Notes: generated by a model from the letters alone, not told the origin. DNA of 64,000 bases from Sedimentisphaerales bacterium (GCA_963708075.1 OY970194.1:6080001-6144000), one strand, 5' to 3'. Positions 38,224-48,446 are shown, numbered from the stretch's first letter. A program made the numbers and translations.

Positions 38224-40779
38224 CTAGCGCGGCCGCATAGACGGGGTGGGCGGCGCCGGCGGGGCGATCACGATGGTGACGTCCTCGATCTGGCGTTCGG
38301 CTCCGGTGTCGAGGCCCGTCGAGAGAATGTTCTGATCCTTGTAGAAAATCGACTGGACCACCATGTCGCTGGCCTTGGGCATGAAACGCAGGACCACTTG
38401 GCCGGGGAGCATGCCCTCAATGACGAACGTGCCGGGGGTGGGGAAGTCCATGTACTCTTCCTCGTAATCGCCGGCGCCGGCGTTGAAGGTGGGGTCGGCC
38501 CTGTTTTCGGTAGCCGTATAGCGATTGGCCTTGCCGGACCAGGATTGATATTCGGGAGTGGGATAGCCGAAGCGGTACCCCAGGCCGTACGCCGGCTCGC
38601 CCATCTGGATTTCCTTGCCGGCCGTATCCACGAGCTTGCCGCGAATCGTGACGCCAGGCTTCAGCGAAAGGTCCAGGCGGCTCTCCTTCGTCTGGCTGCT
38701 GATCGTCAGGGGCTGCCTGTGCTTGACGAATCCGAACGGTTTGGCATCCACGTGGACCAGGAAGTCGCCGGGAGCCAGGGTGTCGATGCGGTAGTGCCCC
38801 TGGGCGTCGGTGTAGGTCGTGATGTGGTCAAAGAGCATATCCTTGTGATGCACGACGACCAGGGCCTTCTCGATGGGACTGCCCGTGACCCGGTCGATGA
38901 CCGTGCCCTCCAGGACGTACTCGCCGTGCTTCTGCAGGTGGATGTCCACGTTGTCGGCGGACTTCCCTTTCTCCAGGAGCACTTTCTGCGCCTTGCTCCT
39001 GTCGAGAGTACCAGGATAGTAGCACGGCGGATAGTAGTCGTCCCTGTCCTCGGACCGGATCTCCTGCGCCATGACATAGAATGGGCCTGTGTCCAGCCTG
39101 TCCAGCACATACGAGCCGTCGGCCTTCACCGGCTCCCGGGCGGCAATCTCAAAGGTGGCTCCGATGCTGTCAGGGGCGTCCTTCTGTTGCCACGCCACGA
39201 CCCAGAGCTTCACGTTGCTCAGGGGCTGTCCATTTTCGTCGAGAACGAGGCCCGAAATGTTGGCGGCGGGTTCGGGCTTGAGCACGATGTTGGTTCTCTG
39301 CTCGCCTTCCTTGAGCGTGAAGGACGGGCGCTGGGCTGTCGACCCTTCCGGATCATAGGCGAAGTCCTGGTAGCCGGCGGTGTTGACCGTTCTCAGGCCA
39401 TAGGTGCCGGCGGCGATATCCTTGAACAGGAACGACCCATCGCTCGCCACGCGGATGAAGATGGCGTCAAAGGTGTCGTTGCTGAACAGGTAAACCGTGG
39501 CGTGATCGACGGGCTCGCCGCTGTCGGCCGAGATCACCCGTCCGCTGAGGGAGCAGTCTCCGTTCGGTCGTCGCTCCCCGGGTCCGAGGTGCTCTTCCTG
39601 CGGACGGAAGGACGTGTCGTTGACATCTGTGGAAACGGCGCCGGCCAGCATCACGGCCGTCGCCGGCACAGGGGAAACACTGGGGTTCGGCCGAGCGCTC
39701 AGGCGGATCGTGCCCAGCGCTATGAAGCACAGCAGGAAGCTCACCGCGCACGTCCAGGCGGATCGGCGCGTCATGCGGGTGATGCGGTTATGCTGCGGGT
39801 CGAGCAGGCTGCGGACTCTCGACAGCAGTCCGCCCTCAAACAAGGCTACGGTCGGTAGATGGCTCGTCTTCATAAGAATTCGCTCCCCAATGTCTGAAAG
39901 CAATTGCATGTAGTCGTCGACGGAAATGCCTCGGGCAAGGACCCAGTTGTCGCAGATCCGCTCTCGCTCGTGGGTCAGTTGCCGGCTGGCGAGCCAGATG
40001 AGCGAGTGGAAGAAGAACACCGATTCGAGCAGCCGCTGGAAGAGATTCACCCAGCAGTCGCCCCGGTCGATGTGCGCCAGCTCGTGAGTCAGGACCATGC
40101 GCAGGTCCTTCGAGGAGGCGTCCTGATACATTCGCTGAGGCAGCAGGATGACCGGGCGCAACATTCCGAAGCACACGGGCCCGGGCAGTCGCTCTGTCAG
40201 CCGGATTTCAAGCCTGCGGCCGGACAAGTCCCCGGCAAGCTCGCGCGGCTCGACAAGCGTTGCCGAGCGGCAGATCCTTCGGAGCCGATACCCTCCGACG
40301 GCTAACCGGATGAGCATGATCGCGAATCCGGCAAGCCACACGCCGGCGACCGCGACTTTCCAGGAAATCATGTTCGCCCACGGAGCGGAATAATGGGGCG
40401 ATGTACCCTTGCCTGGTGCACCGGACTGCTCCCGCGTCACAGGCACGACAGCAGTCTCCGGCCCAGGCTGTGACGCGACCGGTGCCTCACTTGCCTTCGG
40501 GGGCTGTGCTGGCGTTTGCGGCAGGGGGGGAGCCTCGCTCACGTGGACGCGTGCGGGCAGGACCGGCAGCATCAGCTTGGGGCCGTGCAGCCAGATCGCC
40601 GGCAGCGCGACCGTGCCGATCAGACAGTAGAGCCAGACCATGTGGCGATAGACGGGGGCCCGCAGGCGGGTGGCCCGGAGCGTGAGCCACGCCAGCGGCA
40701 CGAGGATGGCGGCGGCGATCGATCCGATGAGCAGGTAACGCACCGCCGCATCCGCTGAGGTACTGACGATCTCATTCAT
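38224..40779 (-). CDS. BlaR1-like M56 peptidase with carboxypeptidase-regulatory-like repeats
   Basis: HELAH, ERICD, N-terminal TMs, repeated G.V.D..G.P domains; overlaps the upstream repressor. Confidence 0.9.
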   Translation of the reverse strand: MNEIVSTSADAAVRYLLIGSIAAAILVPLAWLTLRATRLRAPVYRHMVWLYCLIGTVALPAIWLHGPKLMLPVLPARVHVSEAPPLPQTPAQPPKASEAPVASQPGPETAVVPVTREQSGAPGKGTSPHYSAPWANMISWKVAVAGVWLAGFAIMLIRLAVGGYRLRRICRSATLVEPRELAGDLSGRRLEIRLTERLPGPVCFGMLRPVILLPQRMYQDASSKDLRMVLTHELAHIDRGDCWVNLFQRLLESVFFFHSLIWLASRQLTHERERICDNWVLARGISVDDYMQLLSDIGERILMKTSHLPTVALFEGGLLSRVRSLLDPQHNRITRMTRRSAWTCAVSFLLCFIALGTIRLSARPNPSVSPVPATAVMLAGAVSTDVNDTSFRPQEEHLGPGERRPNGDCSLSGRVISADSGEPVDHATVYLFSNDTFDAIFIRVASDGSFLFKDIAAGTYGLRTVNTAGYQDFAYDPEGSTAQRPSFTLKEGEQRTNIVLKPEPAANISGLVLDENGQPLSNVKLWVVAWQQKDAPDSIGATFEIAAREPVKADGSYVLDRLDTGPFYVMAQEIRSEDRDDYYPPCYYPGTLDRSKAQKVLLEKGKSADNVDIHLQKHGEYVLEGTVIDRVTGSPIEKALVVVHHKDMLFDHITTYTDAQGHYRIDTLAPGDFLVHVDAKPFGFVKHRQPLTISSQTKESRLDLSLKPGVTIRGKLVDTAGKEIQMGEPAYGLGYRFGYPTPEYQSWSGKANRYTATENRADPTFNAGAGDYEEEYMDFPTPGTFVIEGMLPGQVVLRFMPKASDMVVQSIFYKDQNILSTGLDTGAERQIEDVTIVIAPPAPPTPSMRPR

Positions 40780-41164
40780 CTTGCCTTTTCCTTTCCGCTA
40801 TCAGTTTCCGAATCTCTCGCAATTCATCTTCGGTGATGTGATTCTGCTCCACGAGGCTGCTGACGAGCAGGGACGGCGAGCCCTCGAAGACGCGTTCGAG
40901 GAGGTCGCCGAGCATGCTGTGTCGGGCCTGCTCCCGGCTGATCGTGGCTCGGTACACAAAGGTGCGGTCCGCCACGTCGTGCTCCAGGTAGCCCTTGGCC
41001 TCGAGCTTTCGCATCATGGTCAGGATAGTGCTGTAGGCTGGCTTGCGGCCGCGGGTGAGGGCTTCCTTGACGTCGTGAACGGTCGCCGTGCCCTTGTTCC
41101 AGACGACACTCATGATCTGCAGCTCCAGGCGGCCCAAACGAATCTCTGACGCCTTCTTCGACAT
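40772..41164 (-). CDS. BlaI/MecI/CopY-family repressor
   Basis: ELQIMSVVW, AYSTILTMMRKLEAKG, FEGS. Confidence 0.92.
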   Translation of the reverse strand: MSKKASEIRLGRLELQIMSVVWNKGTATVHDVKEALTRGRKPAYSTILTMMRKLEAKGYLEHDVADRTFVYRATISREQARHSMLGDLLERVFEGSPSLLVSSLVEQNHITEDELREIRKLIAERKRQDE

Positions 41165-41189
41165 GAAACGACTCCTTCAATCGCTTTGC

Positions 41190-41229
41190 ATTATGATAGT
41201 AATATTACCACGGTAATAGACAAGGTCAA
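41190..41229 (-). promoter_or_regulatory. Promoter overlapped by tandem BlaI-type operators
   Basis: Palindrome TATTACC-AC-GGTAATA (41203-41218) plus degenerate ATTATGATAGTAAT; minus strand TTGACC-16 bp-TAATAT. Confidence 0.65.
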
Positions 41230-41297
41230 CAAGAAAAATCCCCAGAAGCGAAATATTTTTTCCGAGGCGTCTGACGGGTGCAAACCGCCGGGATTTC

Positions 41298-41375
41298 GGG
41301 TGCCATGTCCACGCCCCGTGGACATGCTCCGTCGATCGGGCAAGGCATGCTTACGCGAGCGTAAGCATGGCACCC
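41298..41375. repeat. REP-like doublet hairpin
   Basis: gggtgccatgtccacg..cgtggacatgc ... gcatgcttacg..cgtaagcatggcaccc. Confidence 0.7.
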
Positions 41376-41437
41376 AGCCCACGAGGTGCGACCACGCGGA
41401 CTGTGCCGTGCTCCTGCCGGCGGTCTTCACAGCCACC

Positions 41438-42098
41438 CTATTGTTTACCCATTGAATTGATGAACGTATCCGCCTCGGCAATGGACGCATCCATTTCCTT
41501 GATCAAGGATGCCACATTGGACTCGATGGAAACGAGCTCACCCTGGAGCGAGGCGACGGCCTGGGCGTTCAAATTGTGCTTGAGGAACAGAACCTGGTCA
41601 CGGAACGCCGAAAGGACCGGGTCGATTTTACGCTCCGCCTGTTTCATGGCGCCGATGAGCTGGTTGTATCGAGCTTGCGTCTGTTTGAGGCTCTGCTCGC
41701 TGCTGCGGCGAAGATCCTTGTTCGTGTACTGGCCCAGCTCCGACTGCCACTCGGCGAACAGGTCCTTGGCGACGTTTTCCACGTCGCTGATGCGTGACGA
41801 GAACCGCTTTCGCCTCGCTTCTGTCCAGCTCCGACTTCAACTGATTGTACTTGCTCTGCAGTTCACTGGAGGGAACCTTGACAATGGAGCTGAACTTCTC
41901 GAAAGCGGTTTGAAACTGCTGCTTGGCATCCTCCTGCGCGTCGCGAGCATTCTCCACGCGACTCACCAGGATGTCCCTTTTGTGCTTTCCGAAGGTCTCC
42001 ATCGTCTTGTAGTAAGCACGCTCGCAGCCTGCGGAGAGCGCTATGAGACATGCTGTCTCGACAAAGAGAGAAATCCGGTACAGCAATGGCTTTATCAT
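41438..42098 (-). CDS. DUF2959-family lipoprotein, frameshifted as given
   Basis: AGC..AYY.TME.FG.HKRDILVSRV and FRDQVLFLKHNLNAQA; halves fuse (AVSSRISDVENVA) on removing one base at GAGAACC 41799-41805. Confidence 0.8.
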
Positions 42099-42270
42099 CG
42101 TCTCTACTCCTCTCAGGAACGGACTCACATCTTCTGCTCAGCCTGTCTCGTACGACGCCGGCAATACCCTGCCTCACTATGGTACAGCCTGCCCGCCACG
42201 CTCGCAACTACCTGGTTCGTGGCACGAAGATGGCGTGTGCGACCACATTTCGTGGGGGAGTGACGCCCAT

Positions 42271-42367
42271 TTGTCATGCTGAACGAAGTGAAGCATCTGG
42301 GCAGCGACCGTGACCAATGCTTGTTCCCGCGCTCAGCCCAGATCCTTCGCTACGCTCAGGATGACAA
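42271..42367. repeat. TGTCAT-type REP-like palindromic element
   Basis: ttgtcatgctgaacgaagtgaagcatctggg ... cccagatccttcgctacgctcaggatgacaa. Confidence 0.75.
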
Positions 42368-42398
42368 GACTCGTAGGGTTCTCAACCCGCTCGCCAAT

Positions 42399-43619
42399 CT
42401 ACCGGGCCGGCGCCGGGACATTGGCAGGCTGGTCTTCGAAGATCTTGCGGTACACGTGGCAGTAGGGGGTTTTGCCGGTCGTGTTGTAGTAGTCCTGGTG
42501 GTAGTCCTCGGCGGGCCAGAATTTGCCGGCCTTGGTGATCTGCGTCTTCACGCTGAAACCTTTCTTCCGCAACTGCTTGACGAGGTCCTGGGCGATCTGC
42601 TTCTGCTCATCGTCAAGATAGAAGATGGCCGAGCGGTACTGCGTGCCGATGTCCGGGCCCTGGCGGTTCAACTGCGTGAAGTCGTGCGTCTCGAAGAAGA
42701 GCCTGGCCAGTTGCTCGTAGCTGGTCTTCGAAGGGTCGAAGATCACTTCGACTGTCTCGGCATGGCCGGTCCGGCCGGTGCTGACCTGCTTGTAGGTCGG
42801 GTTCTCCGTCCGCCCGCCCGTGTAGCCCACGGTCGTGGAGATCACGCCGGGGGCCCGTTGCATGTAGTACTCCGTGCCCCAGAAGCAGCCGGAGGCGAAG
42901 AGAGCCCGGCCTTGCGATTGGGGATTGGGAATTGCGGATTGCGGATTCGAGGCGGGCACCGCTGCGGCCTGCGCCATTGCCTTCTGCATTCGCTGCTCGG
43001 CGGGGATGAAGTCCATCGAGATCGAGTTCACGCAGTAGCGGGCGTTCTTAGGCGTGAGGCGTTCGCCGCGGAACAGGTGTCCCAGGTGAGCGCCGCAGTT
43101 GGTGCAGAGAATCTCGGTCCGCCTGCCGTCGCGGTCGCGCTGGCGTTTGACCGCCCCGGGGATCTGGTCGTCGAAACTCGGCCAGCCGCAATCCGAGCGG
43201 AACTTGCTCGATGATTCGAACAACTCGGCCCCGCACCGCGCGCAGGTGTAGACGCCCTTCTCGAAATGCTGATAGTATTTGCCGGAAAATGGCGGCTCGG
43301 TGCCTTTACGGACGATTACCTGTTCTTCTTGAGGTGTGAGTTTCTTCATCTTTGCGTAACTCTCCTGCCCTCTGTAAAGGGTCGTATCGTCGATGGCGAT
43401 ATTCGAGGTGGGGCTGCTGCCTGCCGCGGCCATCGCGATGATTGCGGCGAGATAGTCATCGAGGATCACTCCCCCGGTGGCTTGTGGCATGGCGCTGGTC
43501 GGTCGTGCGGCCGGCAAGGCGGTTCCCATCGTCAGCACAACTCCTGCCAGGGCGGCCGCGAAGGCCATGCCCTCTCTCGTACGTGGATGCCTGTTGCGAC
43601 GCATGATTAAGCCTTTCAC
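42399..43619 (-). CDS. msrAB: Bifunctional methionine sulfoxide reductase, MsrB-MsrA order
   Basis: MsrB GTEPPF, GWPSF, HLGH.F, RYCVNS; MsrA GCFWG, GHAETV, AEDYHQDY. Start uncertain. Confidence 0.92.
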   Translation of the reverse strand: MKGLIMRRNRHPRTREGMAFAAALAGVVLTMGTALPAARPTSAMPQATGGVILDDYLAAIIAMAAAGSSPTSNIAIDDTTLYRGQESYAKMKKLTPQEEQVIVRKGTEPPFSGKYYQHFEKGVYTCARCGAELFESSSKFRSDCGWPSFDDQIPGAVKRQRDRDGRRTEILCTNCGAHLGHLFRGERLTPKNARYCVNSISMDFIPAEQRMQKAMAQAAAVPASNPQSAIPNPQSQGRALFASGCFWGTEYYMQRAPGVISTTVGYTGGRTENPTYKQVSTGRTGHAETVEVIFDPSKTSYEQLARLFFETHDFTQLNRQGPDIGTQYRSAIFYLDDEQKQIAQDLVKQLRKKGFSVKTQITKAGKFWPAEDYHQDYYNTTGKTPYCHVYRKIFEDQPANVPAPAR

Positions 43620-43802
43620 ATTACTGCATCAACGCTAAAGGTTTATACAGCCGGTGCAAGGCAATTGTTTGATCGATCTGCTGTCGTCGAACAGTTGGCG
43701 CGGATGAAGCATCGCCGGTAGAATAGCTTAAACAGTTGCAGGCGGCTTTCGGGCGTCGCGGCTGCCGGAAGATATAGGAAAAACCTTAAGGGAGGCTGGT
43801 CT

Positions 43803-44993
43803 ATGAATCCTCACGTGCATCCCATGTATCGGCGCGAGTTCCTGGAGAAATTGGGAATGGCCTCGCTGGGAGCGGTCGCCGCAAGTGGTCTGGCCGTACG
43901 TGCAGTCGGGGCGCAGGAACAGGGGCAGAAGAAGTGGGAACCCGTCTCCGACCGCAAGGTGCGCGTGGGGATCGTCGGCTACGGCGTGTGCCAGTTCGGG
44001 GCAGCGTTCGGCTTCCAGGACCACCCGAATGTCGAGATCGTCGCCGTGAGCGACCTGATCCCGCAACGGTGCAAGGGCCTGATGGAGGCCTGCCGCTGCT
44101 CCAAGTCGTATGAGTCCCTGGAGGAGTTGGTGAAAGACCCGAAGATCGAGGCGGTGTTCGTGGCGACCGACGCGGCCAGTCACGCGCGACATTGCATGGA
44201 GGTCCTCGATCACGGCAAGCACGTGATGACCGCTGTGCCGGCGGTGCTCGGATCCATTGAAGACGCCGAGAAGCTTTTGGAGACCGTCAAGAAGACCGGA
44301 CTCAAGTACATGATGGCCGAGACAAGCTGCTACCGCGAGGATTGCTGCGCCATGCGGCAGATTTATCGCGCGGGCGGGTTCGGCAGGCTCGTGTACTCCG
44401 AGGGCGAGTACTATCACTTCAGCCCGACGCCCATCGATTCGTTCAAGGGCTGGCGGATCGGCCTGCCGCCCATGTGGTATCCCACGCACTCGACGGCCTA
44501 TTACGTCGGCGTCACCGGCAAGCGGCTCACCTCCGTCTCCGCCATCGGCTTCAACGCCGGATACCCTGAGTGCCGGCCTGATGCGAACAAGTACGGAAAC
44601 CCGTTTACCGATGAGGTCGCCCTGTTCGAGACGAGCGAGGGCGGCTCGTCCCGCATGCTCATGTGCAAGGGCGTCCAGGGGGCCATCGTCGAGACCGGCA
44701 GGGTCTTCGGCGAGAAAGGCTGGATGAATGAGATGAAGTACCAGGGCGTGATGAAGCAGTTGCCCGACCTGGACCGTCCGGCGCTTCCGCCCGGCATGCC
44801 CGCCGGCGGACACGGCGGCTCCCACGGGCCCCTGGCCAACGAGTTCGTCTCAGCGATCCTCGAGAACCGTGACCCGTTGGTGAACATCTACGAAGCCCTG
44901 GCGATGACTGTCCCCGGCGTCGTCGCCCACCAGTCCGCCCTCAAAGGCGGCGAGCGCCTCAAGGTCCCACAGTTCGACCCGCCCAAGGCGTGA
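43803..44993 (+). CDS. Gfo/Idh/MocA oxidoreductase, Tat-exported
   Basis: RREFL signal, VGIVGYG, EGEYYH, YPTH, GGHGGS. Confidence 0.88.
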   Translation: MNPHVHPMYRREFLEKLGMASLGAVAASGLAVRAVGAQEQGQKKWEPVSDRKVRVGIVGYGVCQFGAAFGFQDHPNVEIVAVSDLIPQRCKGLMEACRCSKSYESLEELVKDPKIEAVFVATDAASHARHCMEVLDHGKHVMTAVPAVLGSIEDAEKLLETVKKTGLKYMMAETSCYREDCCAMRQIYRAGGFGRLVYSEGEYYHFSPTPIDSFKGWRIGLPPMWYPTHSTAYYVGVTGKRLTSVSAIGFNAGYPECRPDANKYGNPFTDEVALFETSEGGSSRMLMCKGVQGAIVETGRVFGEKGWMNEMKYQGVMKQLPDLDRPALPPGMPAGGHGGSHGPLANEFVSAILENRDPLVNIYEALAMTVPGVVAHQSALKGGERLKVPQFDPPKA

Positions 44994-45004
44994 AGCCCGC
45001 AGGG

Positions 45005-45041
45005 ATAAGACCCATAGGACGAGTAGGACCCATGGGACCTA
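45005..45041. repeat. 9-mer tandem repeat (TAGGACnnn-like) between convergent genes
   Basis: ataagaccc ataggacga gtaggaccc atgggacct at. Confidence 0.6.
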
Positions 45042-45064
45042 TATTGGCCGCTCGTTTCAGGCGG

Positions 45065-47137
45065 TCATCGGGCTGTGGCGACGGCATCAGGGACTGCGAT
45101 GAAGAATATGCTGCCTCTGCCCGGGGCGCTTTTGATTTTCATTCGACCGCCGAGCAGCTCGGCACGCTCGCGGATGGTCAACAACCCGGAACCGGCTGTC
45201 TCCGCAAGCGACGCCACATCGAATCCCCGGCCCTTGTCGGAAAGGATCAGCCATAATTCATCACGCACTCGCTGCAATCGCAGCCTGACCTCCCGCACTT
45301 GCGCATGCTTGACGGCGTTGAACAGGATCTCTCTCGCCGCCCTGTACACGAAACTCCTTACCGCTTCGGAATCTGAGTCGGTGCGGCCGCGGATTTCTAC
45401 GCGGACCGTCAGCCCGTGCTTACTTTCCATCTGACCCGCCAGCCAATCGAAGATGGCGTCCAGTCTGCCACTGTATAGCAGGGGCGGCCCCAGCTCGTGT
45501 GACAGGCTTCGCGATTTCTCGATCGCGTCCTTGAGCATCTGTTTGGTTTGCTCCAGGATCTCCTGAGCCTCCTCGTCGCTCTCAATCCGGCCGGCGAGGA
45601 TGCCCAGGTGGAATTTTGCCGCCGCGAGGATCTGTTGCAGGTCGTCGTGGAGAAACTCGGCCAGCCGCCTTCGTTCACACTCTTCCGCCTGTGAGAGCTC
45701 CAGCGTCAGTTTCTGAAGCTGGCCGGCGCGGTGCGTCAGCTCCTCCATCGCCGCTTGCAGCCGGTCAACCGTTTGGTTCAACTGCGTGGTTCGCGCCTGT
45801 ACTTGCTCCTCCAGTCGCTCATTCGCCTGTTGCAGCATGGTTTCCATCTGTTTTCGCTGCGTGATGTCCACACCGATCCCTCCGACGAATTTCCTGCCGG
45901 AGGCGTCGTCGAAGGGGAACTTGAAGTTCCACCAGCAGCATCGCCGGCCGTCGGGAGAAGGACTCTCTTCCACGACCTCAAGAGGTCGGCCGGTGCTGAG
46001 TACCTCCAGATCATTTTTGCGGAACTCGTTTGCCACCTCTTGCGGCCAAAGCTCAAGATCCGTCTTTCCACGCCAATCTTCGAGCCGCACGCCGAAACGT
46101 CTCTCGTAGGCTTCGCTGAGGTATACGTATCGGCCTTTCACATCCTTCATCCACGCAATGGCCGGGGAGTTGTTCATGAACGCCTGGAATCGCTCTTCGC
46201 TCTCATGCAGCGCTTCGGCGGCCCGCCTGCGCTCCGTCACGTCGCGAACGATCGCAAGCGCTACAGGACGGTCGCCAAATTGGACGAGGCTTGCATTGAT
46301 TTCGACAGGGATGCGCCGGCCATCCTTTGCGACGCCAGTGATCTCAAACGAAATCCTGCCCGACTGTCGGACCTTTCCAATGAGTTCCAGAATCCTCTCT
46401 CTTGTGCCATCCTCTACAAGATCAAACAGAGATAATTTCAGAAACTCCTCGCGTGCATAGCCCAACATCCGGCAGACGCCATCGTTCACATCGATGAATC
46501 TTCCCTTCCGCGATGAGACAGGCAATTCATAGAGCGCGATACCGTCGAGGGCGCATTCCCAAAGGCTCTTGTATCGTTCTTCGCTTTCCCGCAGCGTTTT
46601 TTCGCTGTAGAGCCGGCCGAACAACGATTCGATTTCGTGCACCAGGACCCAGAGACCTTGAATATCCGCTCTTTCAGGCGGCTCGACCCGGAGGGAGGCG
46701 ACGTTGAGGAAGCCAAAGAGAATTCCGCTCGCCCGCAATGGAAAAGAGAACGCATGCTGTATCCCATGCTTGTGGAAGAGTTCCCGCATGACCGAAGAGA
46801 TCTCGGCCAGCTCGATGGGTTCTCGTTGGCCGAGCAGAGTTTGGACTGGTGGGGGCCTCAGCGACATGTGCGTCACTTCGCGGATGAATGCCTCCGGCAG
46901 ACCCCGGTGATGGCGGAGCACGGCGACATCGCCCTCCACCCAGTAGACGCCACCTCCATCCATCTGCGTGACATCCAGCGCGGCGTCGAGCAAAGGCTCG
47001 AGTGCTTCATCGAGTGTCGCGCACCGGCTGATCGAAAGGATGGCATTGAGCAATCGCTCATTCAAGGCGGCTGGATTCAACTGCGCAAGTGTCCGATCCC
47101 CCTCATCGGTCTTTTCCGGCCTCCGTTCCCTGGCCAT
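45065..47137 (-). CDS. Cytoplasmic GAF-PAS-PAS sensor histidine kinase (NarX-like HisKA_3)
   Basis: RDVTERRRA, ERRRLAEFLHDDLQQ, NAVKHA, DKGRGFD, GLLTIRER. Confidence 0.9.
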   Translation of the reverse strand: MARERRPEKTDEGDRTLAQLNPAALNERLLNAILSISRCATLDEALEPLLDAALDVTQMDGGGVYWVEGDVAVLRHHRGLPEAFIREVTHMSLRPPPVQTLLGQREPIELAEISSVMRELFHKHGIQHAFSFPLRASGILFGFLNVASLRVEPPERADIQGLWVLVHEIESLFGRLYSEKTLRESEERYKSLWECALDGIALYELPVSSRKGRFIDVNDGVCRMLGYAREEFLKLSLFDLVEDGTRERILELIGKVRQSGRISFEITGVAKDGRRIPVEINASLVQFGDRPVALAIVRDVTERRRAAEALHESEERFQAFMNNSPAIAWMKDVKGRYVYLSEAYERRFGVRLEDWRGKTDLELWPQEVANEFRKNDLEVLSTGRPLEVVEESPSPDGRRCCWWNFKFPFDDASGRKFVGGIGVDITQRKQMETMLQQANERLEEQVQARTTQLNQTVDRLQAAMEELTHRAGQLQKLTLELSQAEECERRRLAEFLHDDLQQILAAAKFHLGILAGRIESDEEAQEILEQTKQMLKDAIEKSRSLSHELGPPLLYSGRLDAIFDWLAGQMESKHGLTVRVEIRGRTDSDSEAVRSFVYRAAREILFNAVKHAQVREVRLRLQRVRDELWLILSDKGRGFDVASLAETAGSGLLTIRERAELLGGRMKIKSAPGRGSIFFIAVPDAVATAR

Positions 47138-47285
47138 GGTGTACCCCCTGCGGTTGGTTCTGCGTCGAACGGACTCCTCGGCGTCGTAGAGCCCGTCAGG
47201 ACAAATCATATCCGGTACTATGCAGATTGTACATAGCCGAATTTGCACAATCTGCAAGATTTTGTTTTGCCGGGGGTACTTGTGG

Positions 47286-48446
47286 CTATCGGTCGATTAT
47301 TCCGGCTGTGCTGCCGCTGGCCTGGGATTCAAGGGCGGCGGTGAAGAGCTTGTGCCAGGTGACGCTTTCTTCGGGCGTGGCGCAGCCTGCGAATCGGGCG
47401 AGCGGCTTGCCCATGTCGAGCTCATAGAGGAACGCTGCCCACATCTGAAGGATCGCGTCGCAGACGCCGAACTGAAATATGTCGCCCGTGATCGATGGGA
47501 ACGTTACTTCGTGACCCATGTCGATCCGCCGCCACGCCTGCTCGCCGCCGACCTCATATTCGAGCAGTTCCAGTGCGTTGGCGTCCTTGAGGCTGTATTT
47601 GACGCTCGCCCGGGTCCCGTAAATCTCGATATACCAGTTGTTCTTCTCGCCCGGCGAGATGCGATCGATCCGCAGGCTGAAAGGAAAGTCGCTTTTCGAC
47701 GCCGGGTCCTCGGCCTCGCACAGCAGCGTCGCGTTGTCCCATGTCTCGCACGGGACCATTCCTCCCCGGCCGTCCGGCCTCTCGCGCACGATGTTGGACA
47801 GGACCGCCCGCACGTTTCGCGGCAGCCAGCCGGCCCGCAGAGGGATGGTGCACGGGTGCGGCCCGAGATCGCCCATAACGCCGTACTGCCCGTTGTACTC
47901 GACCATGCGTTTCCAGTTGATGGGCTTCTGCGGATTCAGGTCGCTGCTGTGCAGGAAGCCCGCATTGACCTCGATGATCCGGCCGAACGCCCCCGCGTCG
48001 ATCATCCGGCCAATCCGCTGGACCGCGGGAAAGAAGACAAACTGCGACGCGCACCGGACGAAGCATTTGGGATGCCTGCGGACTGCGGCCAGAATCGCAT
48101 CGTTGGCTCTCAGGTCGATGCCGAAGGGTTTCTCGCCCATCAGGTGCTTGCCCGCCTCCAGGGCGGCGATGAAGAATTCCTCATGCAAATTGTGTGGCAC
48201 GGCGATGTACACCGCCTCGATCTCGGGATTCTTCAACAGCTCGCGATAGTCATTCGTGACCTGCCGGATAGTCGGGACATGCTGTTTGAACCAGTCGACT
48301 TTTGGCGTCACAAGCGTGCGGTTGCAGATGGCCACGATCTCCGGCCGAACCGTCATCTCCGGCAGGTGCAGCCATCGCGCCGCCGCACTGGCAAACTCCC
48401 GCCCCATCATTCCACAGCCAATGATCCCAAACCGAACCGTCCGCAT
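47286..48446 (-). CDS. Gfo/Idh/MocA oxidoreductase
   Basis: FGIIGCG.MG, GKHLMGEKP, GDLGPH. Confidence 0.88.
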   Translation of the reverse strand: MRTVRFGIIGCGMMGREFASAAARWLHLPEMTVRPEIVAICNRTLVTPKVDWFKQHVPTIRQVTNDYRELLKNPEIEAVYIAVPHNLHEEFFIAALEAGKHLMGEKPFGIDLRANDAILAAVRRHPKCFVRCASQFVFFPAVQRIGRMIDAGAFGRIIEVNAGFLHSSDLNPQKPINWKRMVEYNGQYGVMGDLGPHPCTIPLRAGWLPRNVRAVLSNIVRERPDGRGGMVPCETWDNATLLCEAEDPASKSDFPFSLRIDRISPGEKNNWYIEIYGTRASVKYSLKDANALELLEYEVGGEQAWRRIDMGHEVTFPSITGDIFQFGVCDAILQMWAAFLYELDMGKPLARFAGCATPEESVTWHKLFTAALESQASGSTAGIIDR

